A stretch of 64,000 nucleotides of DNA from Burkholderiales bacterium (GTDB lineage Bacteria > Pseudomonadota > Gammaproteobacteria > Burkholderiales > SG8-41), in the NCBI GenBank assembly GCA_030833315.1, contig JAURHM010000006.1, forward strand, positions 6,277 through 70,276, written 5' to 3'. Of the stretch, positions 30,784 through 39,023 are shown in pieces. A program made the position numbers and the translations under genes. Numbering within the stretch: the first letter of the stretch is position 1; every line of letters begins with the position of its first letter. The notes beneath the pieces were generated by a model. It made no database searches. It was not told where the DNA came from and saw only the letters and a program-made list of their open reading frames with translations.

Positions 30784-31683
30784 TCAGTTGCCGGCGCGCT
30801 GCTGATACGACAGATCCATGTATTTGCCCGGCTCACCCTTGGGCACGGACAGCCCTTCGGCCTGCCAGTAAACATCGATGACCTGGCGCAGGCCCGACGC
30901 ATCGATCGCCGGCAGCGGACGCGCGACGAAGGCATCAAAAGCTTTGTTCGCCAGTTCCGGCGCAATCTTCAGGCGCTCGGGCAGCAGCTTGATTGCTTCG
31001 GCCTTGTTCGCGGGATCTTTCAGCCAGCGGCAGGCATTGCGGAAAGCGCGGATAAAAGCCACCAGACGGTCACCGTTCAGGCTCGCCCAGGAACGGCGTG
31101 CTGCGGCAATCGAGCCGGGATATTCGGGGAAAAACTGCATGGTCGTGCCGAGCGAAGCGAAACCTGCAGCAAACAGATTGCGATCAAAGGGCGGATTGAG
31201 CCAGCTCGCCACACACTGACCCGACTGCAGCGCATCGAAGCGCTCCTGCGAACCGCCGATTTCGATAAAGCGGTAATCGGTTTTGGCCAGACCGTTTTCG
31301 GCGAGCAGCTTACGCAGCAGCAGCGCATATCCGGTATTCGCACCGTCGACGGCAATGTCACGGCCTTTCAGATCGGCGATGGCCTTGATGCCGGGTGCCA
31401 CCACCAGCGACAGCTCCGGCGCATGGCCCTGCGCCATCACGATGCACAGGTCGCTGCCGGTTTCGACGGCGCGCACCACGTGGTCGGACTGCTGGAAACC
31501 GATGTCGTAACCGCCGCTGCGCATCTGCTCCAGCTGGTGGTTCGAAGAGCCGGTCAGCGTGACATCAACCGCAACGCCTTCCTGCTCAAACAGTTTGCGG
31601 CCCTGGGCCACATATAGAGGCCAGGCATTGACCCCTTCGGAAATGATTGCCAGTTTGACCGGCGTTGCAGCGGCTGCGGACAT
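30784..31683 (-). CDS. SsuA/NMT1-like ABC-type substrate-binding-fold protein (no clear signal peptide)
   Basis: PLYVA...LF..EG, I..IADLKG..IAVD, GG..ERF.AL. Confidence 0.78.
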   Translation of the reverse strand: MSAAAATPVKLAIISEGVNAWPLYVAQGRKLFEQEGVAVDVTLTGSSNHQLEQMRSGGYDIGFQQSDHVVRAVETGSDLCIVMAQGHAPELSLVVAPGIKAIADLKGRDIAVDGANTGYALLLRKLLAENGLAKTDYRFIEIGGSQERFDALQSGQCVASWLNPPFDRNLFAAGFASLGTTMQFFPEYPGSIAAARRSWASLNGDRLVAFIRAFRNACRWLKDPANKAEAIKLLPERLKIAPELANKAFDAFVARPLPAIDASGLRQVIDVYWQAEGLSVPKGEPGKYMDLSYQQRAGN

Positions 31684-31719
31684 GACTCCTCGCGGATTTT
31701 CTTGGAATGGTTACGTATT

Positions 31720-31760
31720 GTCGTTGATCAACAGCGGTCGTTGATCAAAAGCGGTCGTTG
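31720..31760. repeat. 17-bp tandem repeat (about 2.4 copies)
   Basis: GTCGTTGATCAACAGCG GTCGTTGATCAAAAGCG GTCGTTG. Confidence 0.8.
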
Positions 31761-31825
31761 CTTGCGGCGTCCAGACCACGGTCCGTAGCCGCAAAACAGC
31801 GGTGACAGCGCCCGAAACTCTAGAC

Positions 31826-31998
31826 TTGGTTCAACCAATAGTCAATGATTGAGCCAAATTGGTTGTTTAATTCAACCAGCGCCTTTTCCCTATATGACGC
31901 ATTGCACAAGAGAGAAAACCCGCCTTGGCCGGATTGGTGTGCGCATATGATGGTTGCAAATTGGGCGGATTTCACGAACCAATTGACCTGAATTGGTT
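31826..31998. promoter_or_regulatory. Cluster of GntR/FadR-type operators in the divergent promoter
   Basis: TTGGTT-C-AACCAA (31826-38), AACCAATT-gacctg-AATTGGTT (31977-98) and further ATTGGT half sites. Confidence 0.65.
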
Positions 31999-32032
31999 TA
32001 AAGCGGCACAATCCGCCGCAACCGGAAAAACC

Positions 32033-32737
32033 ATGACCACGATCCGCCGCTCCGAAACCGATCACCACCGCCGCAGCAGCAAGCGCGACGGCGTACAGGA
32101 AATCCGCGCCTTCCTGCTGGAGACAGTCGCCCAGGGCGCACTGGGGCCCGGCGGCAAACTGCCGACTGAACGCGAACTGGCGACGCGTTTTGCGCTACCG
32201 CGAAATACCGTGCGCAAGACGCTGTCGCAGCTGGAAGCCGAAGGCGCGATCACCCGCCATGTCGGCCGCGGCACCTTTCTCGCCGACATCGGCGGCTTCC
32301 CTGCTGACAGCATCACCCACACCAGTCCTGCCGAACTGATGGAAGCGCGGATGCGCCTGGAACCGACGATGGCGGAATTGATTGTCATCAATGCCACGCC
32401 CGCCGATTTCGAACGCATGGAAACCTGCCTCGACCGTGCCGAAAGCGGCGCCTCCCTCGATGACTTCGAAGTCTGGGACGCGGCGCTGCACCAGGCTCTG
32501 GCCGCCGCCACGCACAACCGTTTCATGATCCGCGTCTTCGACATGGCCACCGCCGTCCGTCACCAGACCGAATGGGGCAAGCTGAAAGACCGCGTGGTGA
32601 CCGCCGAACGGCGGCTGAAATACCAGCAGGAACACCGCGCCATCGTCGAGGCCTTGAAAGCACGCGACGCCGACCGTGCACGCGCCGCGATCCTCACCCA
32701 TCTGCAACACGCCCGCCGCAACCTCTTCGGCTTTTAG
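32033..32737 (+). CDS. GntR/FadR-family regulator (FCD domain)
   Basis: KLPTERELA..F...R.TVR..L..LE.EG, GRGTF; FCD with D..H...A..N and EH..I. Confidence 0.92.
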   Translation: MTTIRRSETDHHRRSSKRDGVQEIRAFLLETVAQGALGPGGKLPTERELATRFALPRNTVRKTLSQLEAEGAITRHVGRGTFLADIGGFPADSITHTSPAELMEARMRLEPTMAELIVINATPADFERMETCLDRAESGASLDDFEVWDAALHQALAAATHNRFMIRVFDMATAVRHQTEWGKLKDRVVTAERRLKYQQEHRAIVEALKARDADRARAAILTHLQHARRNLFGF

Positions 32738-32878
32738 GTGCCCCGAATAACCTGCTGCGCGGCGCAATTGCAGCGTCGCCCGGTGCTCGAAGTCTCGCCT
32801 ATCCACATGATATGTCTCGACTCCTGCGCGCCGTGCTGCTTGCGCTTGCACCGCTCGCTACGGTGCTTCAGGGCACCT
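32736..32878. mobile_element. About 143-bp long imperfect palindrome, MITE/REP-like
   Basis: Terminal IRs AGGTGCCCcGAAtaACC / GGTgcTTCaGGGCACCT with arms pairing along the whole length; begins inside the TAG stop of gntR. Confidence 0.6.
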
Positions 32879-32895
32879 CGGGGTAAACTGTCTTA

Positions 32896-33495
32896 ATGGA
32901 CGTTTCATTCACCTCGACGCTGGTCGTGCTGCTGCTGGTCATGGACCCGGTCGGCAATATTCCGGTATTCGCCGCGCTGCTGCGCAATCTCGAACCCGCA
33001 CGACGGCGCCTGGTGATCCTGCGTGAATGTGCGATCGCTTTCGGACTGCTGCTGTTTTTCCTGTTTTTCGGCCGCAGCATTCTCGACCTGTTCGGCCTGT
33101 CCGATTCCTCGCTGAATATCGCCGGCGGCGTGATCCTGTTCCTCATCGCGATCCGGCTGATCTTCCAGCACCCCGAAGGCGCTTTCGGCACCGACAGCGT
33201 TGATTCAGAACCCTTTATCGTCCCGCTGGCAATCCCCTCGATTGCCGGCCCCTCGGCCATCGCCACTATCGTGCTGGTGGTGTCACGTTCGCCGGAACGC
33301 ATCACCGACTGGATCATGGCTCTGGCCATCGCCAGCACGATCACTCTGCTGTTGCTGCTGGCTGCCGACCGTATCGCCCGTCACATCGGCCGCCGCGGAC
33401 TGGCGGCGCTGGACCGGATGATGGGACTGATCCTCACCGCCATCGCCGTGGAAATGCTGCTCAAGGGCATCGAGAGCTTCGTCCGCGGGCTCTAA
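32896..33495 (+). CDS. MarC family membrane protein
   Basis: MDPVGNIP.F, IAGG.ILF, VPLAIP.IAGP, R.MGLIL. Confidence 0.92.
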   Translation: MDVSFTSTLVVLLLVMDPVGNIPVFAALLRNLEPARRRLVILRECAIAFGLLLFFLFFGRSILDLFGLSDSSLNIAGGVILFLIAIRLIFQHPEGAFGTDSVDSEPFIVPLAIPSIAGPSAIATIVLVVSRSPERITDWIMALAIASTITLLLLLAADRIARHIGRRGLAALDRMMGLILTAIAVEMLLKGIESFVRGL

Positions 33496-33847
33496 GCCCC
33501 CGCCAATCCGTTTTCCAGCGCCCGAAATGGCTTGACAGCGTCGCAATTGCGGCATGTTGATATCTCACGCATCGCAACAGAACCAGGCCGCTACAAAAGT
33601 CGAACAGCACTGTCAATATCCGGGGTGCCATACAAATGGCACAAGGGGCAAACGAGTGCTAAGTGTTTGACGTAATTAGGCTTTTACGACGTTTTTTTGA
33701 CAGCATGCAAGCCTTTGTTTTTTATGAATAAATCGGCGCTTTCCCCTTGCGAAAATCCGTTCAAAATTTTTTTTCGCGGGTTCGGAGCGCGGTCCGCAAG
33801 GTATGCGCCGGGACCGCGCTCACCGTTCCGGTGCATGGCCCGAAAAA

Positions 33848-33882
33848 GCATGCACAATTTCTGTGGATAAGTCTGTGAGCAA
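33848..33882. promoter_or_regulatory. DnaA-box cluster
   Basis: Perfect TGTGGATAA (33862-70) flanked by degenerate GCATGCACA and TGTGAGCAA. Confidence 0.5.
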
Positions 33883-33969
33883 ACCCAAAAATACCGGGCC
33901 GGGACTGCGCCACACCGGCGCACAAATGAGCTTGCCTAAAATTTCATCAATTACGCCACTATCTGTACC

Positions 33970-34632
33970 ATGACCGCCCGGCAGCCCCTTCTTCACCTCA
34001 TCGCCGCAGTCGCCGCCCTGCTGATCACATCAGTTAGTGCGCACGAACCTCTGACGCTGCACATCGCACATCGCGCCGCAATACGCGACCTGCCGGCGCC
34101 CGCCGCCACAACACAGTCTCTGGAGTTACGTGTGGTCAATCTTGATCAATGGCCGGAAGCAGAGATCCACGCTGCTTTGCGCAGCACTGCACAAATCCTC
34201 GGCCAGTGCGGCATCCGAGTCACCCGCGCCGACCTGCTGCAGGTCACCGCGCCTGAAAGCCACCGTCATTTCGACACGCCGCGCTCGCGTGAACTGGCAC
34301 GCGAGCTGGCACTGCCAAAACCCGCGGTTTTTTTTACCGCCGGCACGCGCCAGATCCCGGCCTTTGATGCCGAAGCCATCGGCCGCGGCAACAGCCGCAC
34401 GCGCCCGGAACTTGCTGACACCGTGTGGATCGCCAAAGGTGCGCGCGACCTGGGTATCGTCGTCGCGCATGAACTCGCTCATGTACTGATGGACAGCGGC
34501 GAACATGACAGCAGTTCCGGCAATCTGATGAGCGAGTCAACCACGCCGCAGAACACGCAACTCACCGCCGCGCAATGCGAACGCCTCAATGCCACCGGCC
34601 GGCGCAACGGCCTGTTGCGCGGCGTAGACTGA
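33970..34632 (+). CDS. Secreted zinc-metallopeptidase-like (metzincin-type) hypothetical protein
   Basis: Signal peptide ending VSA; HELAHVLMDSGEH zinc motif followed by NLM Met-turn. Confidence 0.7.
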   Translation: MTARQPLLHLIAAVAALLITSVSAHEPLTLHIAHRAAIRDLPAPAATTQSLELRVVNLDQWPEAEIHAALRSTAQILGQCGIRVTRADLLQVTAPESHRHFDTPRSRELARELALPKPAVFFTAGTRQIPAFDAEAIGRGNSRTRPELADTVWIAKGARDLGIVVAHELAHVLMDSGEHDSSSGNLMSESTTPQNTQLTAAQCERLNATGRRNGLLRGVD

Positions 34633-34637
34633 CGTTC

Positions 34638-36443
34638 ATGCCGATCACCCTGCAGCTGCAGCTGAGCGAAGGGCCGTGGAATCCGGGGCTGCAATCGCAG
34701 ATCCCCGCCGATCTGCTGCCGTTGGCGACGATCTACCGGCCCGAATACGTACGCACCACGCTGCGCGAGGCGCGCGAACTTGCCGACCTCACCGGCCTGG
34801 CGATGGAAGAACTGGTGGTCTTCCGCCCCGAACGCCTGGTCGTGCATGAACTGCTCGCACTCGTCACCGCCGATTTCACGGTGGAAGACGGCCAGAAAAC
34901 CGAAGATCTCGGCATCAACTTCAGGCGCATGACCGACGCGCTGCTGGCGCGTCACATCGCGCCGCAGATGCCGCAGATTGTTGCCGCTTACGAAACCGTC
35001 CGCAGTCGCCTGCACGAAGCCGCAACCGCAGAGCTCGAACGCGGCCTCCACGAAGACATTGCCGCCGCCAAACCGGCGCGCGGCTTCTGGGCGCAGCTGT
35101 TCGGCAAACACAAAACCGCACCGGTCATTGATGAAGGTGAAACCACCGACGTGCGCGCAATCCGTCGCTGGGAAGCACAGTCACAGTCCGCTGCCGATCC
35201 GCTGGTTCGCGCCGCAGCTGCCGCACTGGCCCGCGTCGCCACCGCGATGCTCAACCGCCATGGCCGGCTGTGGCGCGACCGCGCGCTGATCGCCCGCGTC
35301 GCCACCGATCTCGCCTGCAATGAATACGGCAGCGAGGAAATCAGCCGGCTGATCGAGCCTTATGTGCAGCGCGGCGCCGACGCTGAAGGTTTCCGCCGCC
35401 TGCCGGTGCAGGCGCAGCCGGTGGTGATGAACACCAAGGGCGCCTCCGCCGCCGGTAAAAGCACATTACGCCCACTGCAGCGCGCGCTCGCCGCACGCAT
35501 CGGCGTCAGCTGGCAGGATTTCGCGCTGATCAGCCCGGATATTTTCCGCAAGTTCCTGCTCGACTATTCGACGCTGGGGCCGGCCTATAAATACGCCGGC
35601 TCCTTCAGCGGCCACGAACTGCAGATCGTCGATCACAAACTCGACCGCACGATGGCGCGCAAGGCCGAGCGCGGCCTGATGTCGCATCTGCTGATCGACC
35701 GTTTCCGCTTTGATACCTTCGCGCCGGCATCGGATGTCGCCGGCAGTAATCTGCTGACGCGTTTCGGCAGCCTCGTCTATCTGTTTTTCTTGATCACGCC
35801 GCCGGACGCCACCGTTGAGCGCGCTTGGTACCGCGGCCTCGAAGTCGGCCGCTACAAGGCTGTCGATGACCTGCTCGCGCACAACGTCGAAGCCTTCTCC
35901 GGCGTGCCCGAGGTGTTTTTCACCTGGGCGCTGGCCGCCGACAAGAAGGTGCATTACGAATTCCTCGACAACAGCGTCGCACTCGGCGAGACACCACGCA
36001 CCGTGGCCTTCGGCTGGAACGGCGAAATGCATGTACTCGATGTCGGCGGCATGCTCGACATCGAGCGTTACCGCAAAATCCATGTCGAAGCGCGCACGCC
36101 GTGCGAGGTCTACCCCGGTGCCGCCGAAATGACGCCGGAGAACAACACCCAGTTTCTCGCGCAGTGCATCCGCCGCCTGCCCATCGTCAATTTTGCCGAT
36201 CGCAGCAGCCAGCGCATCTGGCTGCGCATGGAACAGGGCAAGCCGGCGTGGTTCGATCCCGCCGCGCTGGCCCTCGCCATCACCGATCCCGAAACCCGCG
36301 CCGGCATCGCCGCGATTGCACCGGAAGCACTGAGCGGCCACAAGCTGCCGGAAGCCACCGCACGCATCCTCGACAGCGAGCGCCTGCACACACTGGGCAA
36401 CTGGGGCCTCGCATGCGAAGATGTTGAAAAAATTCCTGAATAA
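34638..36443 (+). CDS. P-loop protein with zeta-toxin-like kinase domain
   Basis: Walker A GASAAGKST, ISPDIFRK, TVERAWYRG...GRY; long helical N-terminal region. Confidence 0.65.
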   Translation: MPITLQLQLSEGPWNPGLQSQIPADLLPLATIYRPEYVRTTLREARELADLTGLAMEELVVFRPERLVVHELLALVTADFTVEDGQKTEDLGINFRRMTDALLARHIAPQMPQIVAAYETVRSRLHEAATAELERGLHEDIAAAKPARGFWAQLFGKHKTAPVIDEGETTDVRAIRRWEAQSQSAADPLVRAAAAALARVATAMLNRHGRLWRDRALIARVATDLACNEYGSEEISRLIEPYVQRGADAEGFRRLPVQAQPVVMNTKGASAAGKSTLRPLQRALAARIGVSWQDFALISPDIFRKFLLDYSTLGPAYKYAGSFSGHELQIVDHKLDRTMARKAERGLMSHLLIDRFRFDTFAPASDVAGSNLLTRFGSLVYLFFLITPPDATVERAWYRGLEVGRYKAVDDLLAHNVEAFSGVPEVFFTWALAADKKVHYEFLDNSVALGETPRTVAFGWNGEMHVLDVGGMLDIERYRKIHVEARTPCEVYPGAAEMTPENNTQFLAQCIRRLPIVNFADRSSQRIWLRMEQGKPAWFDPAALALAITDPETRAGIAAIAPEALSGHKLPEATARILDSERLHTLGNWGLACEDVEKIPE

Positions 36444-36455
36444 AAACATCGCCCT

Positions 36456-37634
36456 ATGAATATCCTGCTGCCCGGCGCCAATGGCGCCCTGACGACCTAC
36501 ACACTGCGCGGCCCCTGCGCCTTTGATGCCCCCACAGCGCCGTTCAACCGTGTCGCCTATGCCGCAGCGCATGTCGTCGCCGATCCGCGCGCCGCGATCA
36601 ATCCCTGGCAGCAGACCGCGATCGACTGGGACGCCACGCTCGCCTACCGCCATTACCTTTGGAGTCTCGGTTTCGGCGTCGCTGAAGCGATGGACACCGC
36701 ACAGCGCGGCATGGGCATGGACTGGAAGGATTCGCTGGAACTGATTCAGCGCTCAGCGGCAGCAGCGCGCGATGTACCCGGCGCACTGCTCGCCTCCGGC
36801 TGCGGCACCGACCAGCTCGCCCTCGAAGAAGCCAAAACCCTCGACGACGTGATCCGCGCCTATGAAGAACAGATGGCCGCGATCGAACGCGCCGGCGGAC
36901 GCCTGATCCTGATGGCCAGCCGCGCGCTGGTGCGCGTCGCGCGCAGCCCTGCCGATTACGAAAAGGTTTACGACCGCTTGCTGCGCCAGGCGCGCGAACC
37001 GGTGATCCTGCACTGGCTGGGCGGAATGTTCGACCCCGCACTGGAAGGTTACTGGGGCAGCCTCGAACTGCCGGGGGCGATCAACACCGCGCTGGGCGTG
37101 ATCAACGCCAATGCGGCCAAGGTCGACGGCATCAAGATGTCATTGCTCGACAAGGACATCGAAATCGCGATGCGCCGCCGCCTGCCCGCGGGCGTGCGCA
37201 TCTACACCGGCGACGATTTCAATTACGCCGAACTGATTGCCGGCGACGGTGAAGGTTCGCTGCCCAACCACGGTCACAGCGATGCACTGCTGGGCATTTT
37301 TGACACCATCGCGCCGGCCGCCAGCGCCGCACTCGGCAAACTCGCGCAAGGTGATACAGCCGGCTTCCACCGCATCCTCGAACCGACAGTGCCGCTGTCA
37401 CGCCATATGTTCCGAGCGCCGACCTGGCATTACAAAACCGGCGTGGTGTTCATGGCCTGGCTCAACGGCCACCAGGATCACTTCGTGATGGTGGGCGGCC
37501 AGCAGAGTGCACGGTCGCTGATGCACTTTGTTGAACTGTTCAAACTGGCCGATGCAGCAGGATTGTTGCTGAAACCGGAACTGGCGGTGGCGCGAATGAA
37601 GAAGCTACTGAAATTGCACGGCGTCGGTCAATAA
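36456..37634 (+). CDS. DUF993 / DHDPS-like TIM-barrel protein
   Basis: AAAHVVADP, VAEAMDTAQRGMG, LHWLG.MFDP, GIK.SLLD, YTGDDFNY. Confidence 0.88.
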   Translation: MNILLPGANGALTTYTLRGPCAFDAPTAPFNRVAYAAAHVVADPRAAINPWQQTAIDWDATLAYRHYLWSLGFGVAEAMDTAQRGMGMDWKDSLELIQRSAAAARDVPGALLASGCGTDQLALEEAKTLDDVIRAYEEQMAAIERAGGRLILMASRALVRVARSPADYEKVYDRLLRQAREPVILHWLGGMFDPALEGYWGSLELPGAINTALGVINANAAKVDGIKMSLLDKDIEIAMRRRLPAGVRIYTGDDFNYAELIAGDGEGSLPNHGHSDALLGIFDTIAPAASAALGKLAQGDTAGFHRILEPTVPLSRHMFRAPTWHYKTGVVFMAWLNGHQDHFVMVGGQQSARSLMHFVELFKLADAAGLLLKPELAVARMKKLLKLHGVGQ

Positions 37635-37704
37635 CCAATATATCTGTCTTTGAGAACAAGTCACAGAAAGTCTGACGAAGCCACAAAATGGGGGCGGTCG
37701 CGGG

Positions 37705-37732
37705 TGTCCGGTTCCGCAACCCGAAGCGGACA
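37705..37732. repeat. GTCCG..CGGAC short hairpin, left of the cytochrome gene
   Basis: TGTCCGgTTCcGcaaccCGAAgCGGACA nested in a larger stem (AAAAtGGGGGCG...CGCCCCCcTTTT). Confidence 0.55.
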
Positions 37733-37902
37733 TTCAGACCAAACAAATATCCCACCGCAACGGCGCCCCCCTTTTTGTCAGTCAGGGCATAGGATTTGTT
37801 CTAAGCGCTACAAAACTGTCACAACAGGGTCCGAAGATAATTCGGATGACTGCCACCGGATAAAGTTTTCTTATGCAACCCAAGGCGCCGCGTGACACCC
37901 GT

Positions 37903-37916
37903 TTGACATGGATCAA
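37903..37916 (+). promoter_or_regulatory. FNR/Anr box
   Basis: TTGAC-atgg-ATCAA, one mismatch to TTGAT-N4-ATCAA, about 80 bp upstream of the cytochrome start. Confidence 0.6.
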
Positions 37917-37996
37917 TGCGGTTGGGCGAAAAAGCGCGTGAAGTAAACATCAACGCAGTTCTTTGAATGCGCACCTTAATACGGAGGAAGCAGGCA

Positions 37997-38794
37997 ATGA
38001 ACGGACTCGCCGCAGGTGCTGTACGCTGCCAGCCTTGTGAGTCGTTGTTGCTTGCGGCATCGATGGTCACCGTTCTGCTGACCGTGACGGTCCAGCCCGT
38101 ATTCGCCCAGCATGGCGAGCGCAGCGGCAAGCAGGTTGTCGAATCGGTGTGCACCGGCTGCCATGCTGAAGGTCTCAACGGGGCCCCCAAGATCGGCGAC
38201 AAAAGTGCATGGATTCCGAGGTTGTCGCATGGTCTGCCACTGCTCTTACAATCCGCGATTCGCGGCCATGGCGGCATGCCACCGCGCGGCGGCGTCGCCA
38301 GCCTCACAGACAACGAGATCCGCAGCGCCATTATTTACATGTTTTATCCGGTTGTGCCGCCGGTTGGCACCCCGGGGATGAGCAGCCGCGAGTCGGGTGC
38401 AACTGGCAAGAACGCAGACCCGAACTACAGAACGGCTGGGAATATGGAAATCTACCTGGGGATTGCGCCTGCGAGCCGCCTGCGTGGCTTTCCCAGTGGC
38501 TCCCCCGAGCGATCGATGCACGGCGGCCTGCCGGGCGGCGAGAACTATCAGCACGTCAACATTACCCTGCTCGACCAAAAGCGCAAAGCTCCGATTACCG
38601 GTGCGAAGGTAGACGTTCGGGTCGAGCAGCCGAACCTGGCGCGAGTATCGAAGATGCTTGAACCGATGCCGTTCGGGGGATCGTATGGCAACTACGTGAG
38701 GATACGGACAGACATTGGTTACCGCATTACCGTCAACGTGCAGATCCCAGGCGCTGCGCGGCCGACCGAGGTCCACTTTGAGCATGAGCACTGA
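37997..38794 (+). CDS. Cytochrome c5 fused to a C-terminal periplasmic beta-sandwich (putative metal-binding) domain
   Basis: CTGCH, GAPKIGD..AW, MPPRGG; C-terminal MHGG...H.N.....D...SYGNY; RBS GGAGG. Confidence 0.8.
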   Translation: MNGLAAGAVRCQPCESLLLAASMVTVLLTVTVQPVFAQHGERSGKQVVESVCTGCHAEGLNGAPKIGDKSAWIPRLSHGLPLLLQSAIRGHGGMPPRGGVASLTDNEIRSAIIYMFYPVVPPVGTPGMSSRESGATGKNADPNYRTAGNMEIYLGIAPASRLRGFPSGSPERSMHGGLPGGENYQHVNITLLDQKRKAPITGAKVDVRVEQPNLARVSKMLEPMPFGGSYGNYVRIRTDIGYRITVNVQIPGAARPTEVHFEHEH

Positions 38795-38891
38795 AAAAAC
38801 GGAACGGGATCTCACTTCGGCATCATTACTGTTCTGCCGCCGTACCGGCGGCAACCCGTTCCAACCCGTAGCGGACGGTCTCCACGCAAAC

Positions 38892-38910
38892 AAAAACCCG
38901 CCGCGGCGGG
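38892..38910 (-). terminator. Terminator hairpin
   Basis: Minus strand CCCGCCGCGGCGGGTTTTTG. Confidence 0.5.
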
Positions 38911-38945
38911 CTCAGTAAAAAGTCTGAATCCGGCTAGCGCGGACC

Positions 38946-38971
38946 GTCCGCTTCTGGCCGATAACAGTCAT
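38946..38971. repeat. Second, degenerate GTCCGCTT-type site, right of the cytochrome gene
   Basis: GTCCGCTTCTGGCCGATAACAGTCAT, same orientation as the 37705 site. Confidence 0.45.
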
Positions 38972-39023
38972 ACGGGTTGGGGAGCGAATTCCAACCTGAA
39001 GCGCCAGTACCCCACACAGTAGG

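Noticed and set aside
31720-31760. CRISPR-like array
   Set aside because: No spacers and no cas genes; no array anywhere in the window
33848-33882. oriC call
   Set aside because: Only one perfect DnaA box and no dnaA/gidA/parAB context
37705-38971. Classical integron attC cassette
   Set aside because: No RYYYAAC/GTTRRRY cores and no intI; kept only as a non-canonical cassette hypothesis
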